The notes under the pieces: model-generated
Databases searched by the model: none
Told to the model about the DNA's origin: nothing
Seen by the model: the letters and a program-made list of their open reading frames with translations, nothing else
Shown here: piece by piece, positions 1 to 14,238 of the stretch
How the letters are laid out: each line of letters begins with the position of its first letter
How positions within the stretch are numbered: the first letter of the stretch is position 1
Made by a program: the position numbers and the translations under genes
Assembly: GCA_000708835.1 (NCBI GenBank)
Contig: DF237114.1
Coordinates: 62,001-126,000 of the forward strand
DNA from: Klebsormidium nitens
Taxonomy: Eukaryota > Plantae > Klebsormidiophyceae
Direction of reading: 5' to 3'
DNA length: 64,000 nt

Positions 1-1700
1 TATCCTGAACGGCTGCGCTAAACGGAGCCATTGGAGGTGCTTGGGTTTGGCCTTAGAGCCTTTGAAAAGCAGTATAACCGTCTTACAACCGTCTTTTTCG
101 TGGCGACCTTTTGTGTATCGAAGTTCAAAAGTTAAGCTTGTCGCGTTGGCTGGCGGGGACCGGCTGTCGATCTAATTCTTGAAGTGGCTACCAATCGGGC
201 TGTCGCAGCTGTAGCTGCTTATAGGCTGATGGGCCAGCTAATTTTCACAGAACCTCAGAACAGCAGTTTCTGAGCCCGCACGTCTTGTGCTGTCGTAGAC
301 CTGGCACGTAGGATTTTGGTGTCGTTGAGTAAACATGTCCCGTTCCCGGTGACCTGTTTTCAGTCCAAATATCTGAAGGGCTCACCGGCCCGTAATCGAC
401 CAGCCGTAAGCCGGGGTTCTCTACGATATGACATAAAGGACTCACTAGCTCCAGAGGCTAGTAGACCCTTGAGAGTTCAAGCTTCGCAAAATGTGAAGCG
501 AGACTGCCAGCTTGGGTCGTCGGTGCATGGGTAAGCCGCGCGCGCGCCGGCCGTGGCGCGCTGCAACTGGGCGGCCGCGCGCACCGCTGGTCGCACCAAT
601 GGAAGTTGGCACTGGCTTGGCCCGCGTTTCGCCTCAAAGCGCCGCGCGCGCTCGGCTGCAGCAGCGCGCGGCGCGTGTGCGTTTTTTCAATGCATTAACG
701 GACTTCATAACGACGTTCGGGACCTATGGAGAGACGGTGCCATGTTGATGCAAAAGCAGCGTTTGCAGCATTGGCTACGTCGGCAGGCACGCGAGTGAGC
801 CTTTCTTGTATTTACTCAAATACCTTGTGGGCCGATTTAGCTACCGGATGAAAGCTCTCTGGGCCAAGGGAGGCAACGAGCTTGAGTATCTAGAACGGCT
901 GTGCCTAAACGCAGCCATTCCGGTTCGCCTTTGAGCCGCGAGTCGAACCCGCAATATTATTGCAACATGTTCAAGCTAGCAAACCGTCTAAACAGCACTG
1001 CTTTCCTTCTGACCTCTGAAAATTGTCAATCTGCCGTTGTAAGCCAGCGGTAATCATGGGCGTGCGTTCCACAGAACCTCCAACGTCTGCTTCTTCTCAG
1101 CCTGCACGTCTCCTACTGTCGTAGGGACGTAACCTACAGTAGATTCCTAGGGTTTTGTGGTTAGGAATTTCTATGGTGACCCGGTCGTTCTTCATTTGAA
1201 GGGCTCACCGGGGGAAACAGCGGCATAGTGCATGGGACCAGCAGTGACGCTATCCAGATTTGAACCAAGGCGACTGCCCATCAGATCTTGAGACTCTCGA
1301 GCAAGAGGCTTCTTTTTTGCAGATGTGAAATATGTGAAGCGAGCGTGCCAGCTGCGTGTCGCGGGTCCACTTGCGCGCGGCCGCTGCCGCGGCACACAGC
1401 AGCGGCCACGCACGGCGGCCAGCCGGGCGGTGAGTCCGCACCTCAACTTTTGCAAAAGTTTGCATTCGAAAGTCGAGGAGAACTTCTGAGGAGAACTTCG
1501 AGGAAACTTTTGAACTTGTGGAGAAAGTTGTTATTCTAGAGACATTTCTGGAAAGCATAAGGAGGTTCGAGACCGCATTACAGCTAGCAGCGCGCGGCGC
1601 GGGTGTGTTGCACCGGACGTTTACACCGTAACAGCACCTCATGAAGCGTTGCATCATGTTCTGAATAGGTGACTCGCTTAACTTCTCTTACCTAGGGACT
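1..1700. repeat. Degenerate ~850-900 bp tandem duplication
   Basis: Colinear shared blocks: GAACGGCTG..CTAAACG.AGCCATT at ~7 and ~893, CACAGAACCTC at 246 and 1070, GAAGGGCTCACCGG at 375 and 1198, ATGTGAAGCGAG at ~491 and ~1334, GCAGCGCGCGGCGCG at ~660 and ~1590. Confidence 0.6.
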
Positions 1701-4700
1701 GGGCAGCCCTTCGGCCCCCCCGTCTCCTCCGTTTGAGGATTTTCTCCCCCATTAGGAACCAGTGGATCCTGGTCTGACCACTGGCGAGTGACCGACGTCG
1801 TTTTTTTACGCAGTCCTGGACTCCTTGCACAGCCTGCCGATACCCCTCCGATATTGCGAAGGTCGCTTTCGTGAATATGGATATGCCAGGAATTGGACTT
1901 GCGCGTGCCTTGACGTAGTCGGCCATCGGCAGTACGTCAAAGTCGAAAGAGCTTTGCGATGCCGGCCTGCGTATCTTAGCAGTCCTTTTACTCGTCTCTG
2001 TTTTTGTTTGCACGTATTGCCATTCTTAGGCGCGCGTTCGAACGTATAATGCTTCTTTGTTGGAAACATTTATTAAGCTATGATAGAAGGAGGTTTTCTG
2101 GCCGTTACAAAATACGAAGGCCAATGCAACTCGTCGTCCTACCACGTGGTATGAGCTGGCCTTTCTTTCTTTTCCCCCTTTTTCCATTCTTTCGTCTTAT
2201 GTATTTTGAGCACAGAGCGTCCTTGTGAGTAGGCCGGTGAGCGTGTTTTGTACGTTTATTAGTCCTTCAATGCGTATCGTCCTTCTTGCGCGATTTTCTT
2301 CCCCCTTGCTGATGGAAAGACACTTTTGTTGTGCGTTTTAGTTTCCCCAGTCAAATCAAGTAGAAGCGAAGCTTTCGACGTCAGCTAAATCCGCAGTCTG
2401 CTTTGAGAGTTTCTCGATCTCATGACCTTCTGTGGACATCTTCCGCGAAGAATTTTGCCCAAGTGCGGCTTTACGTTGCTTCGTCTTTCAAGGCAGTGAT
2501 GGACAAAAGCCTTCGCCTGGCCATGCATACAGTGGCCAAGAGGATCGTGACGCCAAAAATGTTCCCAAGCCAGGTTCTAGAATCAGTTTGTTTTAAAGGG
2601 ATCTGGAGCAATGAAGCTCCACTTTACCGTTTTTCAATTTACCGCTAGGCACCTCTGCTGGCTTCTTCTGTTCCGACTCACGTCAATACAAGCCAAATCC
2701 CTGAGCCGCCCGCTTCTTGATCAAATTTCAAAAAGTGCTTTAGCCTGGGGTTTCGAATATTGTGAAACATCCCTCTTAAGAACCTAGATTCTCGTGCGCG
2801 CACAGTCATCTGTCCAACGAGACGCCTCAGGACGACTGCGCTTTTACTTTTTGTGTTCTGCATTTATGATGCTTCAATGGCACCCCTATCTTTTTCGAAT
2901 TTCTACCGAAGGGCAGTAGCGAGCGTGGAGCTGTGTCTTGGGTTCAGTACGAGAACCGTGGGGGCCTTTAGATCAGCAGCAGGGTGATCCATTGGATGGC
3001 CGCAGGAAGTCAAAACGGGGCGGCTCCCTCGAGTCACCTCTCTTTTTCCCAAAGGATTGTCATCTTACCCTCACTTTATGGTCGCCAGGAAGGCAAAGGT
3101 AGTAGGCTGTAATGGAAGAAGCGTCTCGAATGCTATCTTGCATTAGAAAGCCGTTCAACCGTCACGATCGGCCCGGGCAAACACTCGAACAGCGCGCGCC
3201 CCGCCGCGCGCATTCTGCACATGCGGCCGCGGCGCTTTGCCCTTTTCATTGGCGGCCTACTCGAATCTGCCTTGTGGCTCCGCCTTCAACGACTGGTTTA
3301 CTGGGCACTGATGTTGAGAAGTACGAATTGCGATAGTGTTCGCATAAAATCATAGTCCATGTGCTTCTCTGAGCCACTTTTTCCAGGATTTGTTCTTGCA
3401 TGCGCCTGATCTTGCTTTCACCTGATGTCAACAGCTGGGCGAGATTTCTTGATGTTTCTATTGGCTGCTTCAGGATGCAGTCACGCATGGAAAGAGCTGA
3501 CAAAAAGAAGAGCCTAACTGAGGAGCGGGCTTCGAATAACCGGTTCAAAGTACTCGCACATGTTCAAGCTTACTCAGCTAACCAGATGTGAGAATTTTGT
3601 ATCCATCAGATTGGCCGGCTTTATATTTCAACTCAGTTCTGAATGTACCCAGCGCAAGTTCACCTTAAAATACTATCAGATGGGTCGTAGACGCGAACCT
3701 GATCCGATATTCCTTTGGGAAGATCGACGCGGCCACTGGCAATGCGCGTTTGTAACGGTGAGATAGCTCATTGGATATATAATTTGCTCCACGTGCTATG
3801 CAGCATCACATGGCTTCGAGAACCGTATCCCGGCACACCCAAGAACTTTGTACTACGATGTTGCAAATCTGCAGGGGCCGCCTTCGCAGACATGTCTCTT
3901 TCCTCCCCACATTCTGTGCCCCAAAGTTCCTGCCGGCTGAGCGGAAGACGGGGATTAGACGGAGTATGGGACACGAGCCTTGATTTCAAGAATGATCGTG
4001 AGAAAGCTTTTCGTGCTGGAAAAGAAGGACACACCGCTCTTCCGGATGGCAAAAAGTGGCAGCTAAAGTGGTACTGGAACAAGCTGTGTCAATGCCTTGA
4101 GTCGGTCGTTACTTTGCTTTCTGCTAAGTGGGCATCGTTCAGAAAAGTGGGACCTGAGTCTCTTTCGAGTCTAGTCGCAAAACTAATCTAAAAGACCCGT
4201 CGGTATCTCTGCCATATTCATACGCAGCACCTGCCTTAGGTCCTGATGGGCATGCTTCGTCCTGCTTAAGCGACTTTTCGCTTCCGTGAGCCTTGTTTTC
4301 AACCAGCCCTCCACCTTCGTCTAGATACCCACAGAGAAACAGCCTGAGGGGCTTTGAGACATGGCATTTTAAGCAGTGAAAGAAGCCGAAATGGCTGATC
4401 CTGACCCGATCAGGTTGAGTGCTTCCTCTGCACAGTCTCAACCATCTCGGATTGAGTTCTCTTCCATGGACACATTCAAAAAGACGTCGTTTCCCTAGTG
4501 CATGCCCCTCAAAGAACGCTCCAGAGAGCCGTCTCGCATCGTGGGCGTTACGCTTTGTAGGGATGTCACCTTCTTACGTCATCGTGCAGTACCCTCTCGA
4601 TCATTCTCAGGAGCCAAATCCGCTTATTTGATTCCAGATTCGCTGGCATACATCACGATTGCGTAATGCCTGTCGACTCGGTGGGTACGGGTCCCATTTT

Positions 4701-7700
4701 GGTCCGTCGAATCACTGCGCTCAGACACCTCGGGCCCGATGTTGGCACCGCTGAGTATATAGCAGACGAATAGGCTCCGAAAACAGAGGTTCGTGTACCT
4801 TTGTATACATGTCGGCTAGGAAGTTCGCGGCTGGCTGCCAAGGCCACTGAAATTCTGCGTTGTTGAGCCGCCCGAGCCGCCGGTCTTTGAAGGCCTCATG
4901 AAACAATCGTCTCAGCCCAGATTTCGTGAAGCCATGTGTTTCGGGCCGAGGGTTGAGCTTTACCTGTGCCCATGAAGCTTGTTCTCAGTCAAAAGATATG
5001 ATTCCCAGAGGCAAAAATGAAGCCAGCCTGTGACTTAGAGAGCAAGAAGCGGGCAAGTGGGCGTGAATCTCTGACAAGGGTTCTGAAACTAAACAGCCGT
5101 GTCGCGAAAGTCTTCAACGTGTGGTGCAAATTTCGGCACGGTTCACTTGATGACGTGCATCTTTCTGCGCGTTCCGTACGGGTTCTGTGAAGGTCTGTGG
5201 GCGCCGTTTCAGCGTTGCGGATTCAGCCCTTGAGTTGTATTCCGGCCGGGCTCTCGCTCATATTATTTTCAAATGACGTACGTCACACTTGCTCGATGAT
5301 GCAGTGGAAATAGATAAGGAAAGAACTTTTGAGTGTGCTGTGTTTGATTATTGACGAGTCCCTCTTTCAGCTCCGTTGATTCTAACATCTTCGAAGTTGG
5401 GATCTCATGTATCCTGTTTCGATAGTTCCAGGCGCTGATGATAGACACAACGGCCGCCTTATCCGCAGCCAGTGATGTATGCTGTGCTTAGTTCAGAGCC
5501 GGTTTTACATGTCGCCCGCAAGAAAGGTACCACCAAAATCCATGTTTTTTGATGTGTGCTTTGGTCTTTTGCTTTTTTGTTGACACTCGTTGCATGGAAC
5601 TTGGATAGGACGGGAAAGGATGTCTTGGATCGTCAGACTGCCGCTCATTTGCACAGCTTGGCGTTCCCTTCACGAAGCACTGTTTCTAGTGCCGTTATTG
5701 AGAACAGTCAACCGAGAAGGCAATGACTGGTGTATGTCTACACTCGATGCTTTCGGGAAGCCAGCAAGCTTTGCTCCAGGGAGCCGATACCAATTGCAGC
5801 ACGTCATGATCCGTCAAGAACCCTTTCTCGAAGATTTGAAAGCTTCTACTTAGAGCTGAACCGATGAATCGTGGGAACTGCGTCAAGAATTAACTTGGTA
5901 GCTAGTTTACAGCCCGTGTTCTTGTTTCATTCTCTCGACTGTCCCGTGTGGCAGAAGTGTCGAGATAAGGTTAATCTGTTTGTGTCGCTGTACAACACAC
6001 AACCTTCGAAATATACTGGGCGCTCGGATCAAGCGACGAATCTTCGTTTCCCTGAGCCCGTTCTTCCTGGGGTCCTTTCTTCAATTGATTATCGGGGCGC
6101 CCACGATCATTCAGGAGGTGTGTTTCGCAGGGCCCCGTCACCCTGTTTTTTTTGAGCTGCCAGCGATACGGTGCACACTGCAAAGTCCGGCTTAACGGAC
6201 CCTCCAAGGAACGAAAGAACGATGGTTGAACGGATTGCTTGGCAAGTGAGTTGATTCCAGGGTATTTCCATTCGCTTTGCATGGAGAGCCATGCATATCC
6301 CTTTGACGAAGTCACGCCATCTTCATCTTTTATGGGCTTACGTACAGCTCGGCAACACTCTTTGAACTTTTTGGTGTTCTAGCTATGAGGAGGAGGACGC
6401 CTGGTCTGCATCTGGCCGACTATCTATAGGGGCCATTCTCCAGGCGTACGTTCGGCTGAAGCTGCAAATGCATTGCAATAATACATTGGTCATGTTCCGT
6501 GCAGAAAAACATATAGGTAGGGTATCGTTTCCGACTCTCGGTGCACTATAGAGAATTGGATGGACGGCAGTGATGGGCAAAGCGCCTGCTGAAGGATCCT
6601 TCATTGGCGATGAAGTACACCCCTTGTGCTTGTCCGGCCATCGTTGCTCTCTTCTACGCTGGATAAAGCTTCCCAGAAAACCTAAGATTGCCCGGACCAT
6701 GTTGATTCTTCTGTGCTGCTTGAAGCGGCGTTTTATACAAACTTAGCCTCAGCAACGGGGGCCTCTTTCGTGTACACTATCACCCAGTTGTCTGCGAGAC
6801 TTGCATAAGCGGGTCTTTTAGCATGATATGAGTTGGGACTCTAGCAACTCGAAATTGAACTTGGATTAAGGAGCATTGGAGAGCCTGGGCCCCGGATCTG
6901 GGCGCTATAATGTTATCGCTTTAAAGCAGATAAGCACTCCAGAGTGCAGGTTCAAACTTTTGTGCAAAATTGTACCGTGCCTCGCGGGCTGGCTCCTCAA
7001 AGGCTCTCAACGAATACGGTGTTCAGGTCTAATAAGCGTTGGAGTTGGCGGTCGCGGGGGCTCGCCAAAACAGGGGCCGGTAATTCTTTCGGCACACGCG
7101 AACAATCTACGTAGACAGCTGAACTCAAGCTGAGTAAATTCTAGCGGCGCCAGGATTTGAAAGACTGCCATCATTTCTTCAGCGCAGTGGGTTCCCCAAG
7201 CTCCTGTCTGGCTCGTCGCTTTCTTGTGGGCAGGCCGACTTCATTTCATTCAAATCGTAGTGCCAAATTAATATCCAGGACAGCACTGATACTACATTTT
7301 ATCCGTTCCAATACTGAGGATCGTGCGCGCGTGTACCGCGCGCATGAGCTGGGATCGCGCGCACCCATCCCGAGTGCGGCGGGCGGAGCGCGCCGAGCGC
7401 GCGCGCGTGAAGCAACTAGAACTTTACGGCACGCACTTCCTGGCTGTTCCCGCTCCTCAGCGCGCGAGCGCGCGGCCGCCTTAAAAGGGCGTGCGCGGGG
7501 GCTTGGCATCAAGCGTAGCGGCATTGTGCGCATGCCACACTTGCTCTAACCTTCATTGGCCCTCGAGATGCCCCTCGTACTTCTTTTTGTCAACAATGAT
7601 CGATGACGCGTGCGGCCAGGACGAACCGGGTGCTCACTTCAAAAGTGGGCGATATCTTATGAAATGCCAGCCCGGAGACTTTCTCCATCGTGCGCTGGTC

Positions 7701-10700
7701 CTCAAACTTGTCACTACCTTAGAAAATACTGATTTGAAGCGGAAACCTTGGAGCTTTCTACCTTGGGAAGTTTGTTGAGGACTGCCCATATCGTGTGAAA
7801 GAACGGTGCCTAAACGCCGCTTTGGGCCCTTGTCGGGATGTATATTATCACTTGTATGTTTTTGAGTCGTCTGTGATTGGGCAAGGATGTGCAAAATCCG
7901 GCGCCTGGAGTCATCTGTAATTGACAGGATGCGTCGGTCATCGTTTTTTGAGCCCTCTCGGCGTAAAGTGACAAGCTCTTGAACACAACGGAATTTGGAA
8001 GGGGAGCGTCAATGCTAGCAAATGTTGTTTGTGAGACACTCCAACATTGATTGTACAAGCAAAGTAGAACTCTCGCCGAGCCTCTTTATTATACGTTGAG
8101 TGAGCTCGCTACACGACTTTCTCTGTGCTGGGCATAGTCTGAAGCGCTGTGATTGCATGTCCGGTGAAGGCTGCTGATCCAAAGTCGTCCCGTTAGATCC
8201 GTTTCATTTCAAGGCTTCGAATCCTTTAATGGGCACTACGGGGCGCCAGCTCACTTGTAGATTGTAGTTTGCCAGATCGCTGGACGCTTGCGGCTTGCCC
8301 CCGGCTTGCATGTGAGCCGTCATAATCGGTCGACTCGATTCTTTTGCAGCCACGCCACCCGTTGTTCAGGATCTGCCAAACTGCGTCCATTTCGAGCTGA
8401 AGACTTGCTCAGACTGTAAGGATCGAACTAGAAGGAAGATTACAATGGAGTAGAAGTCAAAGTCTTAACAATTTTATCAGCAGGGTCGAAACGACTGCTT
8501 TCCATCGATTCAGGTCCAAACTTACAGGCGATTATGGAATGGTACATCTAAGATTGGCTGCCTTAAGGCTCGGCCAGAACAAAGAGGCTCCCTTGATATG
8601 CCACGTACTTTAAGGGGAAGAGCTCCTTACGGCAAACTCAGGCAGCGCTAAAACGTGAAGACTATCATCTTATAACTAGTGTGAGTTATCTTGACGGCGC
8701 TTTCGCGGGCTCTTACCCAGCTTTCTGAACAGGCTTGCTGCATATCCGGCCGCAAAGATAAGTACGCAGATCTGACACCAGGACTTTCACGGTCCCAAAG
8801 CATCCTATAAAATGGAGCGCGCGCGCACGATCCGCTGATCATATTGACTGGCGGGCATGAAACGTTGCACCAACCCATGCAGTGCGGGGGCGCGGTAAAG
8901 AACCGTTTGTCGGTCTGGATACCGGAATCTTGGACTAGTTGGCTTCTTACAGTTGTTTGAGAAGCTTGCGCGCGGCCAACTTATATGCATGCGGCCGGCC
9001 TCGGCTTCGACCGCGGCGCAAAACCAGTTACTTGCATTCCGAATTCTCTTCTCGTCCTGCTCTTTCTGCTGTCCAAAACAGCAGTCAGTGATCTACCACG
9101 CGGCAAGGACGAGTAAGTGCTCGCTTGAAGATGCGGCGAGCCCAGGTCGTGATGTTTGCAGGCAGTGGCCCCGAGCCGTCTCGGAAGTTCTCCTATTTTG
9201 TCGCTCGTTCTTCTCGACGTTGCTCTTGATCTCGAGGACGATTAGACTAGAGCTTCTTGCCTTCCAGGGTATCTTGAGGAAAGTTCAAAGGGCCTTAAGA
9301 GCAGTGCCATTTGCTGATTGTTGCTCTTGGTAAGGCCCCTTCCTCCGCTCAAAACCGTTTGGCAAGCCCGGCGATTTCTCAGCCGTGCCGCCGGCAAGGA
9401 TCTGCTGCAAGCGACGGCGACTGCCGAAATTTTCATGACTCGGGCACGAGCGCTCTGAGAGGAAGCTTCGTCAGCTTTCCGCATAAATCTAAACATATCT
9501 TGCAGGAACGAAAACTTACATATGACGGCAGTAGTGGCAGCAGTTACATGTTCTTTGAGCGGATCGCTTTTATAACGGCGAAAGGGGCCCCGGGCGATCT
9601 CGCACGTTCTAGGAATTGGTTATCTCTTCCAATTCGACCTTGTGATACAGGCTTACTCTGTACCACGCAATCTGGTTAGCGATTTTCATATATGGTCGTC
9701 GACAGATTATGGGTGCTGAATCAAGAAAATCTACTTTTGTGTTAGCAAAGAATGTGTTTGAAACTAGCGGACATGATGCGCCATGCTCACTTGCAAAAAG
9801 TAGATCTTGCACTTAGTGGTTGCGCTCGGCGGTACGTTTTACTTCGACGGTCGTGCCATCGAACATGCATCCTTGTCTGCCACGTAGAAAGCTCTCTCTC
9901 CACGCGAGCTTCATCAAAATTCAGGCGATGATGTTGACTCCATGATTGGTTGCTGGAAGGCGCGACCAGACAATTTCATCATACTCGAGAGGCCGTTACT
10001 CCGAAGACGACTCTGTTACGGCGGGTGCGTGTACGCCGCAGACCGTTTCAAATATGGTGACGTCACGGGGTGGGAAAACACCCCAAACGCGTTCCAATCC
10101 ATTTAGCCCACTCGCTTGAAATTTTTCTCACCAGAATCATACCAGGAACATAAAATTGTTTGATCAGATTCGCCTTGGCATGTCGAGAAGTCCTTCGGCC
10201 GCGCAAAATCTGGGCTGATCCACGTGTCCGAGATGCGATACGATTCGGACAATGGACTTCCCGAGCCACAACGTCGTGCGTCTGCTGCCAGATAGGAACT
10301 GTTTTGCAAGAACGCTGCTCCTGAGCCGGCTTGTGAGGGCCGACACTGGTTCTGTTTCAATCCCTGAGAAGCTCGTGGCAACCGAGGATGACAACATTGG
10401 GCTGTTCTTCGTTTCACGGTAAAAAACTTTTCAGAGCACCCTTCTCTTCGTATGCATGCATGCGTGCCACTGCGGCAACTGCAAAAGTGTTAGCGCAATT
10501 TTGTAGCTTAATTGTTCAAGGGCGTGTAAATTCTTGGGTTCTTCGCGTCCTACTTGATGTATTTTGGTTCGAACTTTTCTCTCACTTAATGCTTCACGTA
10601 CCAAGTAGGACACGAAGTCTCAGTCTCTCAAGGATGTCTAGGCTGCTGCGATTTACACCCCTGTTGATTGCGAGAATTCCCGCATATGAACCAGCAAGTG

Positions 10701-13700
10701 AGATTTTGCAATTGGGCCGTAGTAGTTCTCAACTTGCCCTCGATCATCTTCATACTCCCACTCTTTCTTGCATTCGATGGGGGCAGCGACAGAGCTTCGA
10801 TTGGAAGAGGCTGCGGCTTGATGGCCAAAGATGGTACCGCTCGCTTCCACGGAGCCGTCTCGACATTCGCAAGAGGACAGTACCTGAGAAGTATAGGTCT
10901 ATATGAGTATTCCACGTACCGACCATGTTTGAGCCACAGCAGTCACGTGCACCAACTGGAAGAGCTGCACTCTATTAGGTGAGTTGACAGGATCTTATAC
11001 CGACGTCAGATTGTACGGTAAGTCCGGTTTGCTTCCTGCGCCAGCTCTCTACTGATTCTGATCGCGCAAGGTCCCGCAAGCGAGAACTTCCGCTGGCCAG
11101 AAAAAGGACTCTTCCTGCTGTACATGCTCGTGTTTGCCAGCACCCTAGTCCGTCTGCTTCTTACCGGCCCCGCGGGTTAGTGCTTGTGCCCTAGTCACAC
11201 AGCAAACCAAGGCCCGGGCTGCCCATCTGAAAAGCTGTGCGGCAAATGCATGCCCTTGATAATGCAGCCCAAAATCAGTCTCCTCCAGGTCTCCATTATT
11301 GCAGTGTTCTCAGAACAAAGTTTAAATCGGTCGTTCGTGGGCAAGGAAGAGCAGTCCGTGAGTTGCCGGGCTCTCATTATCGGCGTGGTTTCTCTTTCTC
11401 GAGCCCTTAAGAAAAGGTCTGATCTGACCGTAATAGAAATTCGACTGTTTCTACAGATCCATTTATGGAGGTCAGAGAACCCTTGTGAAGCACTTGTCCG
11501 TGCAACACCCTTTGGCAGTTACCGTACATGATAGTAAGCATAGTTGCATGAGCTAGGATCGCTCCAAAAAATTATCACGGTCGCTGGATCGTCGCTAGTA
11601 CTTGGTTTTGCAGCTCTCTCAGGGGCACTTGGCTTCAAAGTGTTGAGTAATCAGAGGCACGCAATTTGCGTACCAACTTGTCGACATAAACTCCACGGGT
11701 AGAGCTCGAAAATGTCTTTCGGTTGTCGTTAATATAGTGTTCACCTCCTTTCGGTTCGTGTGGCCGCGGCAACTGGCAGAAAGGGCTGGTGTGTCCGCGG
11801 GATTGCAGAAAGTGCCCGCGAAACCTTCCGATCAGACTTGGTATATCCGAGCAACTGCTTCCTTTTCGCGAATCAAGATTTCACTTGCTTTTGTCTCACT
11901 CACTTCTCTTTTCGGCAAGCCGTCAACGGATAGCAGGCTATGAAGTGATGTGGGCCGCCTGCGTAATTGCTCGCGCAACAACCTTCACACTCAACGTTGC
12001 TGAGCCTTGATCGATGCAGTTTAACTTCTGCCCCCAATCACTTACTGATCTATCTGGCAAATCAAAGCTGGAGAAAGCTGTCGGTATGGGCAGTACCTGA
12101 CGGAGCTCTGGCTTGAAGAGACCGCTCGGACCGTAAGCACTTTAGCGAAGGAACTCGATCTCACAATCGCTATGCCCACGTGACGACGTTCATCAGAAAG
12201 CCGGCTCAAGAGAGTGGCCCGTCGATTTGGGCAGGGTTTAGGTCTGGGCAAAAAACAAACTTAAGTCACAGAATGTTGATCTAGCGGGACCTGCCTGCGC
12301 CCGCGCGCGCTGCAGCTGCGCCCGCGGCGAAGGCATTTGCAGTCCTACAGTAGCTTCTATGCCACCATCCGCAGAAGCTTCCATTGTAACTAAGTCGATC
12401 GGAAGGCAATCTCATTCTATCGGTGTCAACTTTGGGCATCTGACTCAATGCTTTGCAGCAGAGCGTTGCGTCGTGAATTCAAAGGTTTGCGCCGGGTGGA
12501 TAGACTGCTGGATGAAGCTTGTCGATATTGATCCAGTGAAGCGCAAACATTTGGTATTAGTAAATCACGTCTTACGGTAGTTGGTTGAAGCTTGTGGTCA
12601 GAGGATTCCCTGGTCTGAAGATTTTTGGAATGTCAGCGCAGGTTGTCAAAGGCCGTGTTTATGCAACTCCGCTTGCGCAGCCCTTTTCGCAATCTGGGTA
12701 GTCAGGTTGTCTTGAGGCTACTCTAAAAGACTTTTCAAAGCCGGCTTTTGTCTTGGGACCGCTTTGCACGTTAAATAACATCCGCTCAAATACTGGCGAT
12801 GACGACTCTCGCAACGGCTGCATCATATATAGCCATAACTGGGAGATTCTGAATAGAAGCCAGAGACTTGTATTCCTCCTTTGTGTCTAACCACATATAT
12901 ACTTGAAGCAGGATTGAGGCCTTCTGTGCCCCTCCTCCCAAACCCTCGAGCGTCGCTTGAGTGAGTCCTCTTAGTGGAAGCATCATCCTCACAAAGCACA
13001 CGGAACTGTTCCCGCTCGCTCGAGCGGGACTAGTAGTGCTAAACGAACTCTCCAACAGCTTTCAGTCTAAAGTAGACTAATCCCTCCCCACCAAGCTTGA
13101 TAATGTGTTCTTTGCATATCTGGCTATGATCAGACGTTCTCGTCAACCTGTGCGATCCGGCGCTCTGACAAGGCATGAAGAGTTTCATTCCGGCACTTTA
13201 TACTTATACTTCATATACTTTATATACGTTATATACTTTATACTTTATCGCAGCCCACGTGCTAAGCCCGAACGGCAATTGGGATCTAGCACCGATTATA
13301 AAGCATACTTTTTCCGGCCACTTGAATCCTCAGATTGTACATGCCATCTGCTCTCAGATATCCCCAGAGCTCCAGTCGGGCCCCTCAAAGCAGTCAACTT
13401 CCGTTTGATTCGGGCCACGCTATGATGAATCTGCAGCCTTTTCTGTGCTTCGGGTTCATGCAAGTTTTCAAAGTCTTCGCTGTTCGTGATTATACATGCA
13501 GACGTCGATGTTGTGGGATCGGAGAGAGGAGTTTTGGCGGATATCCACGGGCTATGATGAGCAGACTGTGCTTGCCAGCGTGTGTTCTGCTCGCACGAGG
13601 CTTTTCCTTCGTCACTCAGCTTTCCGCGATCGGTTGCCTCTGATCAGAAGCGACTTTTTTACCAAAGGTCGCAAGTGTGCCTAATTGGAGCATCTTGCAG

Positions 13701-14238
13701 ATCGATGACGTTTTAAGACAAACCAAAGCGACGCTCCTTTCTGAGCCGTAGGAACTCAATGGAAACTGGTTTTGCGCGGGTTCCGCCAACAATCAGACTT
13801 ACCCAAAGTGAAGGAATTTTCTGTCGTGGCAAATCAGCTGCGGAACGGGGCCAGAATAACCAGAGGGTTACTTCTCTGGAGCAAGATGCCATGTCTAGTC
13901 TGCTCTGATTTTAGCAAGCCGCCATGTACTGAAGTGTGCTTTCAAGCTTGAAAAAGCTTCTTTTTGCGGCCTGCTTTACCGGCCTCTGTTTTTCGGAAGG
14001 GTTCTCTTGCCAGCTACATGGCTAAGGACTTCAGTTTACATATTCCAGAAGTTTGCGGACCTCATATATCGAAAATGGGTGCGAAAAGCTGCACGCAGAA
14101 GCCGTCAACAAATGCTCGGACTGGTAAGAGGGGAGTGGCGCGCGCATGGATTTCTGTCGCTTTAGTGGGCGATGAGGAGCCCTCCACAACGGTTGCTTTG
14201 ACCGCAGCCATGATGCAGGAGCCGCCTCCGTCAAGTCG

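Noticed and set aside
5306-5325. Helitron-like FPYLFP motif on the minus strand
   Set aside because: A single short motif in a stop-rich frame, with no Rep or helicase motifs and no Helitron termini seen.
1700-14000. Endogenous giant-virus or retroelement region
   Set aside because: I could not recognise any RT, integrase, transposase, capsid or polymerase motif in the fragments.
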